Below, one piece after another: positions 61,829-64,000 of a stretch of 64,000 bases of DNA. The position numbers and the translations under genes were made by a program. The stretch lies in the NCBI GenBank assembly GCA_020051695.1, contig JAGVQM010000026.1:106329-170328 (forward strand), given 5' to 3'. The notes beneath the pieces are model-generated. The model did no database searches, had not been told where the DNA came from, and worked only from the letters and a program-made list of their open reading frames with translations. Source of the DNA: Candidatus Zixiibacteriota bacterium. GTDB taxonomy: Bacteria > Zixibacteria > MSB-5A5 > WJJR01 > JAJRUJ01. Positions within the stretch are counted from its first letter, which is position 1, and each line of letters begins with the position of its first letter.

Positions 61829-64000
61829 TCAGACGGTGACTTGTTCCGCGCCGACTTGTTCTTCCACTATATGCTTGCAGGCCGGGCATTTCAAATGTTC
61901 ACCACGGGCCTTGGTGCTCTTCTCCAGCATGAAGGGATGATCGCATGACGGGCATTTCTGCTTGACCGGCTTGTCCCATGTAGCATAAGTACAATCGGGG
62001 TACCGCGAGCACGAATAAAAAACTTTTTTGCGTTTGCTCATCCGCTGCACCAGCTTGCCCTTGCAGCCCTCCTCCGGGCAATTGACCCCGGTCGAGACTG
62101 CTCGCGTGTTTTTGCATTTGGGGTAAGCCGAACAGGCCAGGAACGGGCCGAACCGCCCGGTGCGGATAACCATCGGCGACCCGCATTTCTCGCAGGTTTC
62201 CCCGGTCTCCTGGGGTTGGCCGCCGTTTTCCAGCGGCATGGTGTTGCGGCACTCCGGGAAACCGGAACAAGCCAGGAATTTCCCCGACTTGGACCATTTG
62301 ACGACCATGGGTTTGCCGCATTTATCGCACTCTTTATCGGTTGTATCCTGGGTCGAGGCCTTGATCTGTGACGCTTTGGCTTCCACTTTTTTCAGTGCAA
62401 GCTGGAACGGCCCATAAAAATCATTGAGCACGGTTTTCCAGTCGTCCTCGCCCAATTCGATTTTGTCTAGTTCCTCTTCCATCCGCGCGGTGAATTCTAC
62501 ATTGAATAGATCGGGGAAATTCTCGACCAGTACCCGATTAACCGTCTCACCCAATTCGGTGGGGAGCAAGGTGCGTTTTTCCAGGAGGACATAATTGCGC
62601 GTGACGATCGTGGCAATGGTCTGCGCGTAAGTCGAGGGCCGGCCGATACCGTTGCTTTCCAGTTCTCGGACCAGTGATGCCTCGGTGAACCGGGCTGGCG
62701 GTTTGGTAAAATGCTGCTCGGGCATGATCCCATGACACACTAACGCATCGTCTTCCTTGAGTGCCGGCAGCTTACTGCCTTTCTTTTCGTCGCCGTTTTC
62801 CTCCGGCAGGTCCTCGTACACTTTCAGGAACCCGTCGAAGACAACCTGCTCGTCACCGGCCTTGAATTCGTATACGTGGCCCGGCGCATGACGGGCATTG
62901 ATGGCGTTAATCGTCACCGACGTGCGCAGGATCGAGGCCGAGCTCATCTGCGACGCGAGGAAACGGTCCCAGATCAGTTTATACAACCGCTGCTGATCGC
63001 GGGAGAGATACCCTTTGACGGTATCGGGGTGACGATCGAAATATGTCGGCCGGATGGCTTCGTGCGCGTCCTGGGTCCGGCCGCGGGCCTTGAACAAACG
63101 CGGCTTGTCCGGACGATACTCCTTGCCGAATGTTTCTTCAATCAGCGCGCGCGCCTGGGCCGTGGCCTCCGCGGCCACGCGAACCGAATCCGTGCGCATA
63201 TATGTAATCAGACTGACCGAACCCTGGTTGCCGAAATCAATCCCCTCGTATAACTGCTGGGCCAGCATCATGGTTTTCTTCGGGGAATAGCGCAGGCGCC
63301 GCGCAGCGTCCTGCTGCAATGTGCTGGTGATATATGGCGGCGAGGGATGTTTGGCTTTGGTACTTTGGCTGATACTGCCGACTGAAAAAACGGCAGATTT
63401 GCCTTTATCCTTATCCGGAGCAAGGACCTCGACTATTTCTTCGGTCGCAGCGGCATTGCCCAGATTTATTTTTTCCCCATCGATTTTGGCCAGTTGGGCC
63501 GGGAAACGGCTTTTGGCGGTCTTCCCCAGTTCGGCGGTGATCGACCAGTATTCCTGTGGGACAAAATCGCGGACGGCCTGCTCGCGTTCACACACCAGAC
63601 GCAGGGCAACTGATTGCACGCGGCCCGCGGATAAACCGCGACAGACTGTCTTCCAAAGGAACGGGCTGACCCGGTAGCCGACTACCCGGTCGAGCACGCG
63701 CCGGGCCTGCTGAGCATTATACCGTTTAAGTTCAAGCTCGCCGGCATGTTCCAGCGCGTAGAGCACGGCGGATTTGGTAATTTCGTTGAAGGTCGCGCGC
63801 TTGATGACTGCTTTCGTCGGCCGCAACTGCTCGGCGACATGCCAGGCGATGGCTTCCCCCTCGCGGTCCGGGTCGGGCGCCAGATAGATCACATCGACTT
63901 TGGCTGCCGCAGCTTTCAAGGACTTGATAATCGCCTTCTTGCCGTCAATAACCTCATATTCCAGCGCAAAATCATGGTCGGGATCGACACCCAGTTTTTT
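61829..64000 (-). CDS. topA: DNA topoisomerase I; partial, N-terminus beyond the right edge
   Basis: ...VIYLAPDPDREGEAIAWHV...RVQSVALRLVCERE...ITYMRTDS.... Four C-terminal zinc ribbons (CDKCGKPMV..., CEKCGSPMV..., CPEEGC..., CPSCDHP...). The reading frame stays open upstream of the track start at 63919, through to 64000. Confidence 0.92.
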   Translation of the reverse strand, partial: KKLGVDPDHDFALEYEVIDGKKAIIKSLKAAAAKVDVIYLAPDPDREGEAIAWHVAEQLRPTKAVIKRATFNEITKSAVLYALEHAGELELKRYNAQQARRVLDRVVGYRVSPFLWKTVCRGLSAGRVQSVALRLVCEREQAVRDFVPQEYWSITAELGKTAKSRFPAQLAKIDGEKINLGNAAATEEIVEVLAPDKDKGKSAVFSVGSISQSTKAKHPSPPYITSTLQQDAARRLRYSPKKTMMLAQQLYEGIDFGNQGSVSLITYMRTDSVRVAAEATAQARALIEETFGKEYRPDKPRLFKARGRTQDAHEAIRPTYFDRHPDTVKGYLSRDQQRLYKLIWDRFLASQMSSASILRTSVTINAINARHAPGHVYEFKAGDEQVVFDGFLKVYEDLPEENGDEKKGSKLPALKEDDALVCHGIMPEQHFTKPPARFTEASLVRELESNGIGRPSTYAQTIATIVTRNYVLLEKRTLLPTELGETVNRVLVENFPDLFNVEFTARMEEELDKIELGEDDWKTVLNDFYGPFQLALKKVEAKASQIKASTQDTTDKECDKCGKPMVVKWSKSGKFLACSGFPECRNTMPLENGGQPQETGETCEKCGSPMVIRTGRFGPFLACSAYPKCKNTRAVSTGVNCPEEGCKGKLVQRMSKRKKVFYSCSRYPDCTYATWDKPVKQKCPSCDHPFMLEKSTKARGEHLKCPACKHIVEEQVGAEQVTV

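Noticed and set aside
1-64000. Search for CRISPR arrays, tandem repeats, IS elements, integrases, reverse transcriptases, phage or toxin-antitoxin modules
   Set aside because: I noticed no regularly spaced direct repeats and no long terminal inverted repeats. None of the ORF translations carries transposase (DDE), integrase (R..H..R..Y), RT (YxDD) or Cas signatures.

Overview
The window is a roughly 58% GC (estimated by eye) chromosomal segment from a Gram-negative bacterium. I call about 48 protein genes, one tRNA, and a few promoters, terminators and hairpin elements. I cannot place the organism. Several traits suggest an uncultivated FCB-superphylum-like lineage: a T9SS-type C-terminal domain, dockerin-like tails, bacillithiol genes and selenocysteine machinery. 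That placement is inference only.

Most of the window is housekeeping.
- Minus strand: purN-purC-purH-coaBC-udg-manC-SPOR-tsaC, then glnA, an NfeD/stomatin pair, selC-selA-selB, bshC-bshA-bshB1, an RND efflux trio, corA and topA.
- Plus strand: a fused formimidoyltransferase-cyclodeaminase, an MFS transporter and a DUF418 protein.

The accessory-looking parts are these.
- Positions 1-12.7 kb carry an envelope/regulatory block: pilM, three sigma54-dependent response regulators, a PrsK-like polytopic GAF histidine kinase, an FN3-repeat lipoprotein, a PEGA protein, a priming sugar transferase, and a 580-bp AT-rich non-coding gap.
- A HExxH protease with a T9SS-type tail is coupled to a small membrane protein and a beta-barrel.
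- A low-GC orphan radical SAM/SPASM gene is flanked by stem-loops.
- Two adjacent exported proteins share a cysteine-framed dockerin-like C-terminal module.
- A pilV-pilW-pilX minor-pilin set is present.

I saw no CRISPR array, cas gene, transposase, integrase, reverse transcriptase, phage module or toxin-antitoxin pair, and I could not identify a clear new defence-type system. The best candidates for something undescribed are the dockerin-like pair, the orphan rSAM island with its palindrome cluster, and the PrsK/PrsR-like envelope locus.

All calls come from reading the translations and the DNA; no database search was run. Start codons are often uncertain because the ORF track extends to the furthest ATG/GTG/TTG.
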